In this document: piece after piece, positions 9,326 to 18,066 of the stretch | Position numbering within the stretch: position 1 is the first letter of the stretch | How the letters are laid out: each line of letters starts with the position of its first letter | Assembly (NCBI GenBank): GCA_004559845.1 | Contig: SFWW01000003.1 | Location: forward strand, 1-48,933 | DNA length: 48,933 bases | DNA from: a bacterium | GTDB taxonomy: Bacteria > Bacteroidota > Bacteroidia > Bacteroidales > Muribaculaceae | Reading direction: 5' to 3' | The notes under the pieces: generated by a model | What the model was told of the DNA's origin: nothing | Database searches by the model: none | The model's input: the letters and a program-made list of their open reading frames with translations, nothing else | Translations under genes and position numbers: made by a program

Positions 9326-9979
9326 ATGTATGCTGCAATATCCGCTGACGTAGTGTCATCAACCTCCCTCTCGCGAGAATCGATGATAGAACTTAATGAA
9401 AAGTTGAAAAAATGCCTTTCGATTCTTGAAAGACGTTACCAGGGCTTTTGGGGACGTATCGTTAGAGGCGACTTTATTGAATGTATTATGAGCCAACCAG
9501 AAGACGCTTTTGAAGTAGCATTGATATTGAAAACATGGGTTAAATCATTTGAACCAAGTGATGCGCATGATGCAAAGCGATTTAACAGGTATGGCCTAAG
9601 AATCGCTATAGGAATTGGTGAAATGAAAACCATTGATCGTGCATTAGACATGATGGACGGAGACGCTATCTATCGCTCTGGACGAGCAATCAGTAAGCTT
9701 GTTGGACGAGCAAAATACTCGTTTACCATTTCTATGTCTAATAGTGAACATGAACAAGCTTTACAAGTCATATCAACACTGGTCAATCAACTATTGAACA
9801 ATGCGACTGCCCGCAAATGCGAAACTCTCTGCGAAAGAATCCTCACGTCCGACACGAGTAAAACAGCCGAAAAAATGGGAATCTCCGTATCTGGTGTCAA
9901 TCAAACATTGAAAGATCTTGGTTGGAGTGGTATAGAGCAAGCTATAATATATTATCGAAAAATAACATCCAAGCTATGA
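9326..9979 (+). CDS. SatD-family protein: nucleotide-cyclase-like domain plus C-terminal HTH
   Basis: ISADVVSST, RGDFIE, LRIAIGIG, DGDAIYRSGR motifs; C-terminal TAEKMGISVSGVNQTL helix-turn-helix; AT-rich. Confidence 0.8.
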   Translation: MYAAISADVVSSTSLSRESMIELNEKLKKCLSILERRYQGFWGRIVRGDFIECIMSQPEDAFEVALILKTWVKSFEPSDAHDAKRFNRYGLRIAIGIGEMKTIDRALDMMDGDAIYRSGRAISKLVGRAKYSFTISMSNSEHEQALQVISTLVNQLLNNATARKCETLCERILTSDTSKTAEKMGISVSGVNQTLKDLGWSGIEQAIIYYRKITSKL

Positions 9980-10767
9980 TCACTATTCTGGTTTTAATTC
10001 TTATCGTTGCTCACATTTTGGGCGATTTTTATTTACAATGGGACTATTCTTGCAAAAACAAAATCCTATCTTCTGTAAGAGGGAAGGATTTGTGGTTACA
10101 TTCTTTGATAATCGGAATGCTATCATGGATAGCCATCTGGGATTTAAGAGGATGGTGGCTTGCCCTGTGTATAATGATATTACATTTTCTGATTGACTGG
10201 CTGAAATCATATATCCAAATAACATGCCATATCTTCAAGATTGAGAATTCTAAACACAAGAAATTGGTTGATGGCCATAACAAACGATATGATTTATGGG
10301 TGTTTTTGATTGACCAAATTCTCCACATCTCTATAATCACTGTTTTTGCCCATATTTGGCTAATAGTAAATAGTGATTGGTGTCCACTCGAATGGATTCA
10401 AAATTTCTTGATTAACCATCCACTTCGTGTGAAAACAATAATCGCAATGATGATTGTTTTGAAACCAGCAAACATCTTAATATTACTCATCCTTGGAGCT
10501 TGCAAAGTAGCTATCACCCCTACTAAAAATAACAACGATGGCAATTTCCATTCAGGAGAACTAATTGGATGGTTAGAACGTGGGCTTATGCTATTATTTG
10601 TAATCATGGCCCAATACGAAGCTATAGGCTTCCTTATCGCAGCAAAGTCCATCCTTCGCTTCAACGAAGCATCATCAGGAAATGAAAAATCAGAGTATGT
10701 ATTGACTGGAACTCTACTTTCTTTAGCAACAGCCCTTACATTTGGCTTAATAGTACTCAGATTATAG
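9976..10767 (+). CDS. DUF3307-family polytopic membrane protein (start reassigned to ATG 9976)
   Basis: AHILGDFYLQ, LWLH, HFLID, DQILH, GELIGWLER, AAKSILRF, EYVLTGTLLS motifs; ATGA overlap with SatD stop. Confidence 0.82.
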   Translation: MITILVLILIVAHILGDFYLQWDYSCKNKILSSVRGKDLWLHSLIIGMLSWIAIWDLRGWWLALCIMILHFLIDWLKSYIQITCHIFKIENSKHKKLVDGHNKRYDLWVFLIDQILHISIITVFAHIWLIVNSDWCPLEWIQNFLINHPLRVKTIIAMMIVLKPANILILLILGACKVAITPTKNNNDGNFHSGELIGWLERGLMLLFVIMAQYEAIGFLIAAKSILRFNEASSGNEKSEYVLTGTLLSLATALTFGLIVLRL

Positions 10768-10892
10768 TTTATCAAAACAAAACACCCACCCCCATCGGCA
10801 AAAGATTTTGGTGGTGTGGGGAAAAATATGTAACTTTACAGGTGACTAATTATTAACCCTATTTTATCACTAAACCAACCAATTAAGAAGAT

Positions 10893-12827
10893 ATGAAAAA
10901 GGCAATTATCGTGATGGCTATGCTGCTCATCGTGGGGCAAGCATGGGCATGGAAACCCAAATTTGTGGGTCACCGCGGAAGTTACAAGGGTGTGATGAAC
11001 ACAGAAGAAGCCTTCCGCAATGGCGTTGACTATTATGGCTACGATGGGCTGGAATGCGACGTGCGCGTCACTGCCGATGGCAAATATGTGATTTCGCACG
11101 ACGAAACCACCAATGCCGTGGGCGGCAACCTCACTGTGGCAAATGCCACCCTCGAACAATTGCAAGCCGAAAGCTATACCCAAACGCGCGGTGGCATCAC
11201 CTACACCGGCCACATTTGCACCATTGAGGAATATCTCGACATTTGCATCGAAAAGAATGTGTTTCCCGTGATTGAACTCAAATGGGCTACCGGAATCAAT
11301 AGCAACGATATGACCAATTTCCCGGGGTTAGCACAAATCATTATCAATAAGGGGCTTGCCGACAAGGTGATTATCCTCACCAGTATGAAGGCATCGCTCG
11401 AATATGTGAAAACCCACTATCCCGCTTTCAAATGCCAATTCCTCTGCACCTCCGGTTGGAACGGCGCACAAGAATGGTGCAAGACGTGGAACTTGAGCCC
11501 AAGCATTCAAGTGGGCGACTTCGACATCTACGCCGTGAAGAGCTACGTGGACCTGGGTATGGAAGTGGCTGCTTGGACGGTGAACAGCCTCGCCACCTAC
11601 AAGAGCGTGGGCGCAATGGGCGTGACGATGATGACTTGCGACTACCTGATGCCAAACGAAATGCCGGAACTGACCGACATCAATTGGGACGACGTGGAAC
11701 CCGTGCTCGACCCGCTGGAAATAAAAGTGGACACTGTGTATATGTTTAGCCGCACAAAAGAAAATTTGCCCGCCAACTTCCCATCAGGCGTATCCGCCGA
11801 ATCCAAACGCAATAGCGCACAAGTGGCTGCCGTGAAAGATGGCGTGTTCTACGTGAACAACTACACCACCAGCGAGCTCATCACCTATAACGAAAACGGC
11901 GAAATTCCTAACAAATTCAACAATGCAGGCACCAATAGCCATGGCATTTGCTTCGACGATGCCGGCAACTTGATTCAGCGTGCCGACGGCATCACCTCTA
12001 CACCCAATAAGCTGATTATTTACCGAAACGGTGATGCTTCCGACCGCACCGAAATCACCTTTGCCCTCAATGAACCCGGACAAACCAACTTTATCACCGC
12101 CAGCGGCGATGTGATGAGCGAATCGGGCGGCTATGTGTATTTCTTCCCCAACAAGCGAACCGTGATGAATGCCGTGAGAATCGCGGAAGGTGCAGTGAAA
12201 GAAGTAATCACTTCGGGCAACTTGAGCATCACTGCCTCCACAGCAGGTATCATCTACCCCATCAATGGACCGCAACACTTCATCTACCAGGTGCGCAACA
12301 ATGGCTACTACCTCTACAATAAAGAAGACAAAGGCGCCTATGTGGCAGGCTCTGCCACCACCACTGCTCCCGGACGCAATAGCAGCGTGGGCGGTGCCTA
12401 CTTCACCATCGCCGGACACAAACTCTTCTTGCACAGTAGCGGAAGCAACTACAATGGCGGCTTCACCATCAAAGATATGAGCGCCAACAAAGCATCCATC
12501 TTCACTCAACCCGTGCTCGGCACCGGAGGCTACAACGCCAATCCCACCACCGGCGCTTGGTATGCCGTGGAACCCATCGACGAAAACCACTGCTGGCTCT
12601 ATGAATACTGCATGGGCAATGGCTACGCCAAATATCAAGTGTATGTGGGCGAACCCTACGTCGACACTCCCACCGGTGTGCAAGAGGTGAACACCGCCAA
12701 AGCAGTGAGCCACATCACCTACTTCAATCTCTCCGGTATGCAAAGCGCCACTCCATTCAATGGCGTCAACATCGTGGTCACCACCTACACCGACGGCACT
12801 CGCACAGCACAAAAAATGATGAAATAA
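10893..12827 (+). CDS. Second secreted GDPD-family protein (paralog of 4957..6897) with T9SS-type C-terminal domain
   Basis: Same GDPD motifs; ends TGVQEV...YFNLSGMQSATPFNGVNIVVTTYTDGTRTAQKMMK. Confidence 0.88.
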   Translation: MKKAIIVMAMLLIVGQAWAWKPKFVGHRGSYKGVMNTEEAFRNGVDYYGYDGLECDVRVTADGKYVISHDETTNAVGGNLTVANATLEQLQAESYTQTRGGITYTGHICTIEEYLDICIEKNVFPVIELKWATGINSNDMTNFPGLAQIIINKGLADKVIILTSMKASLEYVKTHYPAFKCQFLCTSGWNGAQEWCKTWNLSPSIQVGDFDIYAVKSYVDLGMEVAAWTVNSLATYKSVGAMGVTMMTCDYLMPNEMPELTDINWDDVEPVLDPLEIKVDTVYMFSRTKENLPANFPSGVSAESKRNSAQVAAVKDGVFYVNNYTTSELITYNENGEIPNKFNNAGTNSHGICFDDAGNLIQRADGITSTPNKLIIYRNGDASDRTEITFALNEPGQTNFITASGDVMSESGGYVYFFPNKRTVMNAVRIAEGAVKEVITSGNLSITASTAGIIYPINGPQHFIYQVRNNGYYLYNKEDKGAYVAGSATTTAPGRNSSVGGAYFTIAGHKLFLHSSGSNYNGGFTIKDMSANKASIFTQPVLGTGGYNANPTTGAWYAVEPIDENHCWLYEYCMGNGYAKYQVYVGEPYVDTPTGVQEVNTAKAVSHITYFNLSGMQSATPFNGVNIVVTTYTDGTRTAQKMMK

Positions 12828-12859
12828 TACTCACCATAATCCCCCTCATCCACCAATTT

Positions 12860-12889
12860 GCCCAAATTGCACTCCCCCGCAATTTGGGC
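12860..12889. terminator. Perfect 11-bp hairpin after the second GDPD gene
   Basis: GCCCAAATTGC-ACTCCCCC-GCAATTTGGGC; no strong U-tract. Confidence 0.5.
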
Positions 12890-13099
12890 TAATTCTCCAT
12901 CAATATCATTTATTGAGATTATTTATGATAATCCAGAGAAAATCGTGTGCGTACGATACCCTCCAACCCAACCTTGGATTTCTTCCAATATCGAGTCATC
13001 ATACACACAAATCCCTGCCTTTGGTCCTTCCATATCGGCAAAGCAAGTGACATCAAAGCGATTCAAAATGCGCCGAAAAATGAAACTGGTGTGGGAATT

Positions 13100-13131
13100 T
13101 TTGCAAGAACGGAGGAAAAGCATTAATTTTG
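13100..13131 (+). promoter_or_regulatory. Promoter for PASTA-rluD
   Basis: TTTG (13100-13103), 20-nt spacer, TAATTTTG (13124-13131). Confidence 0.7.
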
Positions 13132-13160
13132 TGAATTGAATTAAAAAAAACTATCTGACA

Positions 13161-13796
13161 GTGAGTAACAACGCTATAACGAATTTCAAAGATAAGCACC
13201 CGGTGCACATTTCGCTCGACATTTTCACCGACCACGGCAATCAAACTCAGGTGCCGGATGTGAGATGGAAACTCGTGGACCAAGCCATAGAAATGCTCGA
13301 CGATGCGGGGCTCTCCTACACCATCGACTCTATCTACAACGAAGACTACGCGCCCGGCGTGGTGACCGACCAAACCCCGGCTCCGGGTTCGTCGGTGAAA
13401 ACGGCGCGCTCCATTTTGCTGACCATCAACTGCCTGTTTCCGCCTCAAGTGGAAATTCCGAAAGACATCACCGAAATGGCAGGCACCGATGGCATCACCA
13501 CACTGAAAACACTCGGTTTCCGCCACATTACCACCGACACCGTGCCCAGCGAAATGCAGGGCTTGATTATGGGGGTGAAGGTGAACGGGCGCTCTGTGGT
13601 GGGCGGCACCAAGGCGGCACTCAATTCTAAGATTGTGATTTCCATCGGCGATGGCTCAGTGGAAGTAATCGAATTCGACCCCTTGGGCTATGCCGAGCGC
13701 GATTCGCTCATTCAAGAAAAAATTAAATCGGGCGAACTACAAATAGTGACCGACTCAATGGGCAACAAAAGCATCATTCCACGCACACAACGTTGA
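13161..13796 (+). CDS. PASTA domain-containing protein (two PASTA repeats)
   Basis: HG...VPDV, PGVVTDQTPAPGSSVK..R.I.LTIN; usual Bacteroidales position upstream of rluD; GTG start. Confidence 0.85.
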   Translation: MSNNAITNFKDKHPVHISLDIFTDHGNQTQVPDVRWKLVDQAIEMLDDAGLSYTIDSIYNEDYAPGVVTDQTPAPGSSVKTARSILLTINCLFPPQVEIPKDITEMAGTDGITTLKTLGFRHITTDTVPSEMQGLIMGVKVNGRSVVGGTKAALNSKIVISIGDGSVEVIEFDPLGYAERDSLIQEKIKSGELQIVTDSMGNKSIIPRTQR

Positions 13797-13803
13797 GAAA
13801 AAT

Positions 13804-14904
13804 ATGGCTGAAGATTTCATCGATATAGAAGAGCCATTTAGCGCGTGCCATTCCGCCATTCAATCCGATTTCAGCGAACCGGACTTCAGCGAAAATGGCA
13901 GAGACTTTTGGGAGCACTACCGCTATGAGGTGGAGCGCGGACAAGTGCTACTGCGTATCGACAAATATTTGGTGGAGCGCATTAAAGGCACTTCGCGCAA
14001 CCGCATTCAAAATGCTGCCGAAGCCCAATGCATACGCGTGAACGGACGCCCGGTGAAGTCGAACTATCGCGTGCATCCCGGCGAAATCATTACCGTGGTG
14101 ATGGACCGACCACGCTACGAAAACGAAATCATTGCGCAAGACATTCCGCTCAACATCGTGTATGAAGACGAATCGCTGTTGGTGGTGAATAAGCCCGCCG
14201 GCATGTGTGTGCATCCCGGTCACGGCAACTACGACGGCACCCTGGTGAATGCCCTTGCATGGCACTTTAAAGACAACCCCAACTACGATGTAACCGACCC
14301 GCGCATGGGCTTGGTGCATCGCATCGACAAAGACACTTCCGGGCTTTTGGTGGTGGCAAAAACACCCGACGCCAAAACGTCGCTCGGCAAGCAATTTTTC
14401 AACAAAACTACCAAGCGCCAATATGTGGCGGTGGTGTGGGGCACCATGAAGGATTCCGACGGCACCATCGTGGGCCACGTGGGGCGCAGCTTGCGCGACA
14501 GGCTGCAAATGTGTGTGTTTCCCGACGGGGAGCACGGCAAGCATGCCGTAACCCATTACCACACCCTCGAAAACCTTGCCCATGTGGCTGTGGTGCGCTG
14601 CCAACTCGAAACCGGCAGAACCCACCAAATACGTGTGCACATGAAGCATATCGGGCATCCGCTCTTCAACGACGAGCGCTATGGCGGCGACAAAGTGCTC
14701 CGAGGCAACACCTCGAGTCACTATGCGCAATTCATTCACCACTGCTTTGAGGTGTGTCCGCGCCAAGCACTGCATGCCAAAACATTGGGCTTCGTTCACC
14801 CCGTCACCAAGCAGGAAATGAACTTTGACAGCGAGCTCCCTGCCGACATGGCTGAGCTGATAGCACGCTGGCGCAACTATGCGGAAAATCTTGCTGCAAA
14901 ATAA
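13804..14904 (+). CDS. rluD: RluA/RluD-family 23S rRNA pseudouridine synthase
   Basis: S4 domain (RIDKYL), VVNKPAGM.VHP, VHRIDKDTSG, LETGRTHQIRVH, RQALHA. Confidence 0.93.
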   Translation: MAEDFIDIEEPFSACHSAIQSDFSEPDFSENGRDFWEHYRYEVERGQVLLRIDKYLVERIKGTSRNRIQNAAEAQCIRVNGRPVKSNYRVHPGEIITVVMDRPRYENEIIAQDIPLNIVYEDESLLVVNKPAGMCVHPGHGNYDGTLVNALAWHFKDNPNYDVTDPRMGLVHRIDKDTSGLLVVAKTPDAKTSLGKQFFNKTTKRQYVAVVWGTMKDSDGTIVGHVGRSLRDRLQMCVFPDGEHGKHAVTHYHTLENLAHVAVVRCQLETGRTHQIRVHMKHIGHPLFNDERYGGDKVLRGNTSSHYAQFIHHCFEVCPRQALHAKTLGFVHPVTKQEMNFDSELPADMAELIARWRNYAENLAAK

Positions 14905-15049
14905 TGCCGCCACAATGAGTGCCCACCCCCATAAAGGTGCGCACTTGTTTCATTAAAAATGCCTCACTACAAAAGGAATGATTTAACATTCCTAACTAAA
15001 TATTGTATAAATTAACTACATTTTTGTGCCACTTTTGGTGGCAATGTAA

Positions 15050-15057
15050 TAATTTTG
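15050..15057 (+). promoter_or_regulatory. -7 promoter element for the moxR-bat operon
   Basis: TAATTTTG 56 bp upstream of moxR. Confidence 0.55.
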
Positions 15058-15112
15058 CACTACTAAAAAAAATGACCCTATAATTACAGACAAAATAAAA
15101 ACATTTTCAACT

Positions 15113-16108
15113 ATGGGAGATGCTATCAACATTAGAGAATTGAACGATTTGATTGCAAGCAAGCGCTATTTCATCGACGCCGTGAAACGTGGCATGGACC
15201 AAACCATCGTGGGACAAAAACACCTCGTGGATTCGCTCCTGATTGCCCTGCTTGCCGATGGACACATCTTATTGGAAGGTGTGCCGGGCTTGGCAAAAAC
15301 ACTTGCCATCAAAACCCTCGCATCCATCATCAACGCCAAATATAGCCGCATACAATTCACCCCCGACTTGCTCCCCGCCGATGTGGTGGGCACTATGGTG
15401 TACAGTGTGCAGAAAGAAAATTTTGAAGTAAAGAAAGGTCCGGTGTTTGCCAACTTCGTGCTCGCCGACGAAATCAACAGAGCACCTGCCAAAGTGCAAA
15501 GCGCCCTGCTCGAAGCCATGCAAGAGCGCCAAGTGACCATTGGCGACAACACCTTCAGCCTCGATGCTCCCTTCTTGGTGATGGCTACCCAAAACCCCAT
15601 TGAGCAAGAAGGCACCTACCCCTTGCCCGAAGCGCAAGTCGACCGTTTTTTGATGAAGGTGGTGGTTGGTTATCCCAACAAAGAAGAAGAAAAACAAATC
15701 ATTAGCCAAAACATCAACCCCACTCAAAATGTGGTGGAAGCGCTGGTTACGCCTGCCGAAATCTTGGAAGTGCGCAATGTGGTGAGCCAAATTTATGTGG
15801 ATGAAAAAATCCACAAATATATCGTCGACATCGTGTTTGCCACACGATTCCCTGCCGACTATGGGTTGAGCGAGCTCAAGAGCATCATTTCATTTGGTGC
15901 TTCACCGCGTGCCAGCATCAGCATGGCACTCGCCGCTCGTGCCTACGCCTTTATTTGCGGGCGAGGCTACGTGATTCCGGAAGATGTGCGCGCCGTGTGC
16001 CACGATGTGATGCGTCACCGCATCGGATTATCGTATGAAGCCGAGGCCAACAACATTAGCGCCGACGAAATCATCAGCCAAATTCTCGACAAAGTGGCAG
16101 TGCCCTAA
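15113..16108 (+). CDS. moxR: MoxR-family AAA+ ATPase
   Basis: EGVPGLAKT Walker A, RIQFTPDLLPAD, LADEINRAPAKVQSALLEAM, ATQNPIEQEGTYPLPEAQ.DRF. Confidence 0.96.
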   Translation: MGDAINIRELNDLIASKRYFIDAVKRGMDQTIVGQKHLVDSLLIALLADGHILLEGVPGLAKTLAIKTLASIINAKYSRIQFTPDLLPADVVGTMVYSVQKENFEVKKGPVFANFVLADEINRAPAKVQSALLEAMQERQVTIGDNTFSLDAPFLVMATQNPIEQEGTYPLPEAQVDRFLMKVVVGYPNKEEEKQIISQNINPTQNVVEALVTPAEILEVRNVVSQIYVDEKIHKYIVDIVFATRFPADYGLSELKSIISFGASPRASISMALAARAYAFICGRGYVIPEDVRAVCHDVMRHRIGLSYEAEANNISADEIISQILDKVAVP

Positions 16109-16163
16109 GCCGAAACCGCCCCTAAAAAAGAATCGAATTCCTTTCACACAATCATAAAGGTGA

Positions 16164-17045
16164 ATGATGGACCAAAGTGAATTATTCAAAAAGGTAAGGA
16201 AAATTGAAATCAAAGCGAAGGGACTGTCGCAAAACATTTTTGCCGGCGAATACCACTCCGCTTTCAAAGGGCGTGGCATGACCTTTAGCGAGGTACGCGA
16301 ATACCAATACGGCGACGATGTGCGCGACATTGATTGGAATGTGACCGCACGCCAAAATCACCCCTATGTGAAGGTGTATGAGGAAGAACGCGAACTCACC
16401 GTGATGCTCTTGGTGGATGTGTCGGGCAGTAGCGATTTCGGAGCGGTAGGAGAAATGAAGCGAGATATGATGGCGGAAATTGCCGCCACCCTGGCGTTTT
16501 CCGCCATCGAAAACAACGATAAAGTGGGGATGATTCTCTTTTCCAACAAAATCGAGAAGTTTATCCCGCCCAAGAAAGGGAAAAAGCACATTTTGCCGGT
16601 GATTAGCACCCTGCTCAATTTCCAACCGCAAAACAAGGGCACTGACATACGCCAAGCACTCGAATTTCTTACCGATGGCATCAAAAAGCGCTGCACCGCT
16701 TTTTTGGTGAGCGATTTTATCGACGATTCCGACTATGCCCACGCCTTGTCAATCGCCAACAATAAGCACGATTTAATCGCCCTTCAAGTGTACGACAAGC
16801 GAGAAATGCAATTGCCCGACGTGGGACTCATGCGTGTGGCAGATGCAGAAACCGGAGCGGAAAAATGGGTGAATACCGGCGCAAAAAAGGTGCGCGAAGC
16901 CTACCAGCGCCGATGGTATGAGCGCCAAATGAAGATGAACGAACATCTTCAGCGCAGCCGAGTGGATTCGGTGTCGATTTCCACCGACGAAGACTACACC
17001 AAAGCCCTCCTCTCGCTATTTAAGCGCAGAGGAATTGCACGCTAA
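16164..17045 (+). CDS. DUF58 (vWA-like) protein
   Basis: FSEVREYQYGDDVRDIDWNVTAR, YEEERELTV, DVSGS. Confidence 0.93.
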   Translation: MMDQSELFKKVRKIEIKAKGLSQNIFAGEYHSAFKGRGMTFSEVREYQYGDDVRDIDWNVTARQNHPYVKVYEEERELTVMLLVDVSGSSDFGAVGEMKRDMMAEIAATLAFSAIENNDKVGMILFSNKIEKFIPPKKGKKHILPVISTLLNFQPQNKGTDIRQALEFLTDGIKKRCTAFLVSDFIDDSDYAHALSIANNKHDLIALQVYDKREMQLPDVGLMRVADAETGAEKWVNTGAKKVREAYQRRWYERQMKMNEHLQRSRVDSVSISTDEDYTKALLSLFKRRGIAR

Positions 17046-17082
17046 CACATCATCATTATCACTTTTTACGAGTAAAAATCGA

Positions 17083-18066
17083 ATGAACCGGAACATCATC
17101 ACATATTTCATCATTTGCCTTCTCATGGCGCTCTCCCCTATCGGAATGCGTGCCGCCAACAATCAGGCAATGATATCGTCGGCAAAACTCACCAACCACC
17201 AAATAGTGATGGGCGACACCACCACTATACGCTTGGAAATTGTGCAAAACAAAGGCGAGCGACTGATGGCGGGGTTGGAAGTGAAAGACTCCATCAGCAG
17301 TGCCGTGGAAATTGGCGAACTCATCGCTTGCGACACCACCGATTTGGGCAACAATCGCTGGCAAATCAATGCCACCTACATAGTGCAAGCCTTCGATTCC
17401 GGCGAATGGCACATCAATCCCGTGCTGCTATTGGAAGCCGACACCATTCGGTGCGACATTCCGTTGGTGATTAGAGTGAGTCCTGTGAAAGTGGACCCCA
17501 ATGGCAACATTAAAGATTTTGCACCGGTGCAGGAACCCGAACGGCAGTGGCTCGACTATGTGCCGATGTGGGCTACCGATTTGTGGTGGCTTTGGGCGCT
17601 ATTGGTGATGGCAGCATTGGCATTGGTAGCTTATTTTAAATGGTGGCGAAAAGGCAAAAATCCGCTCAAGCGCAGCAAAAAGCGGCAGCCGCCCTACGAA
17701 GAAGCCATGAGCCGACTCCGCTGGCTCAAGCAACAGCAACTTTGGGAAAAAGGGCGCGACAAAGACTATTACACCGCCCTGACCGACATTCTGCGCGAAT
17801 ACATCGACCGCCGATTCAGCATCAATGCAGTGGAAATGACTTCGTCGGAAATTATGGAAGCACTCAAGCACAATAGCGAAACCCGCTTGGTGAACGAAAA
17901 CCTCAACGAGATTCTCCGTATTGCCGATTTCGTGAAATTTGCCAACCAGCGTCCGCTCGCCGACGACAACGAACTTTCATTCCGCTATGCGATGAATTTT
18001 ATCGACGCCACCAAACCCTTACCCCAACCGGAAAGCAAACCTAAAGAAAAGGAGGACAAAAAATGA
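17083..18066 (+). CDS. Bat-operon membrane protein (signal peptide, Ig-like domain, TM, helical C-terminus); start reassigned to 17083
   Basis: Position between DUF58 and batA; KDYYTALTDILREYI..RF, EMTSSEI, ADFVKFA. Confidence 0.8.
   Translation: MNRNIITYFIICLLMALSPIGMRAANNQAMISSAKLTNHQIVMGDTTTIRLEIVQNKGERLMAGLEVKDSISSAVEIGELIACDTTDLGNNRWQINATYIVQAFDSGEWHINPVLLLEADTIRCDIPLVIRVSPVKVDPNGNIKDFAPVQEPERQWLDYVPMWATDLWWLWALLVMAALALVAYFKWWRKGKNPLKRSKKRQPPYEEAMSRLRWLKQQQLWEKGRDKDYYTALTDILREYIDRRFSINAVEMTSSEIMEALKHNSETRLVNENLNEILRIADFVKFANQRPLADDNELSFRYAMNFIDATKPLPQPESKPKEKEDKK

Noticed and set aside
11784..12812. Long antisense ORFs (also 2351..3262, 13948..14913, 24873..25955, 36196..37377, 38078..38995, 43612..44520)
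   Set aside because: Shadow frames opposite well-supported genes, explained by codon bias; no motifs.
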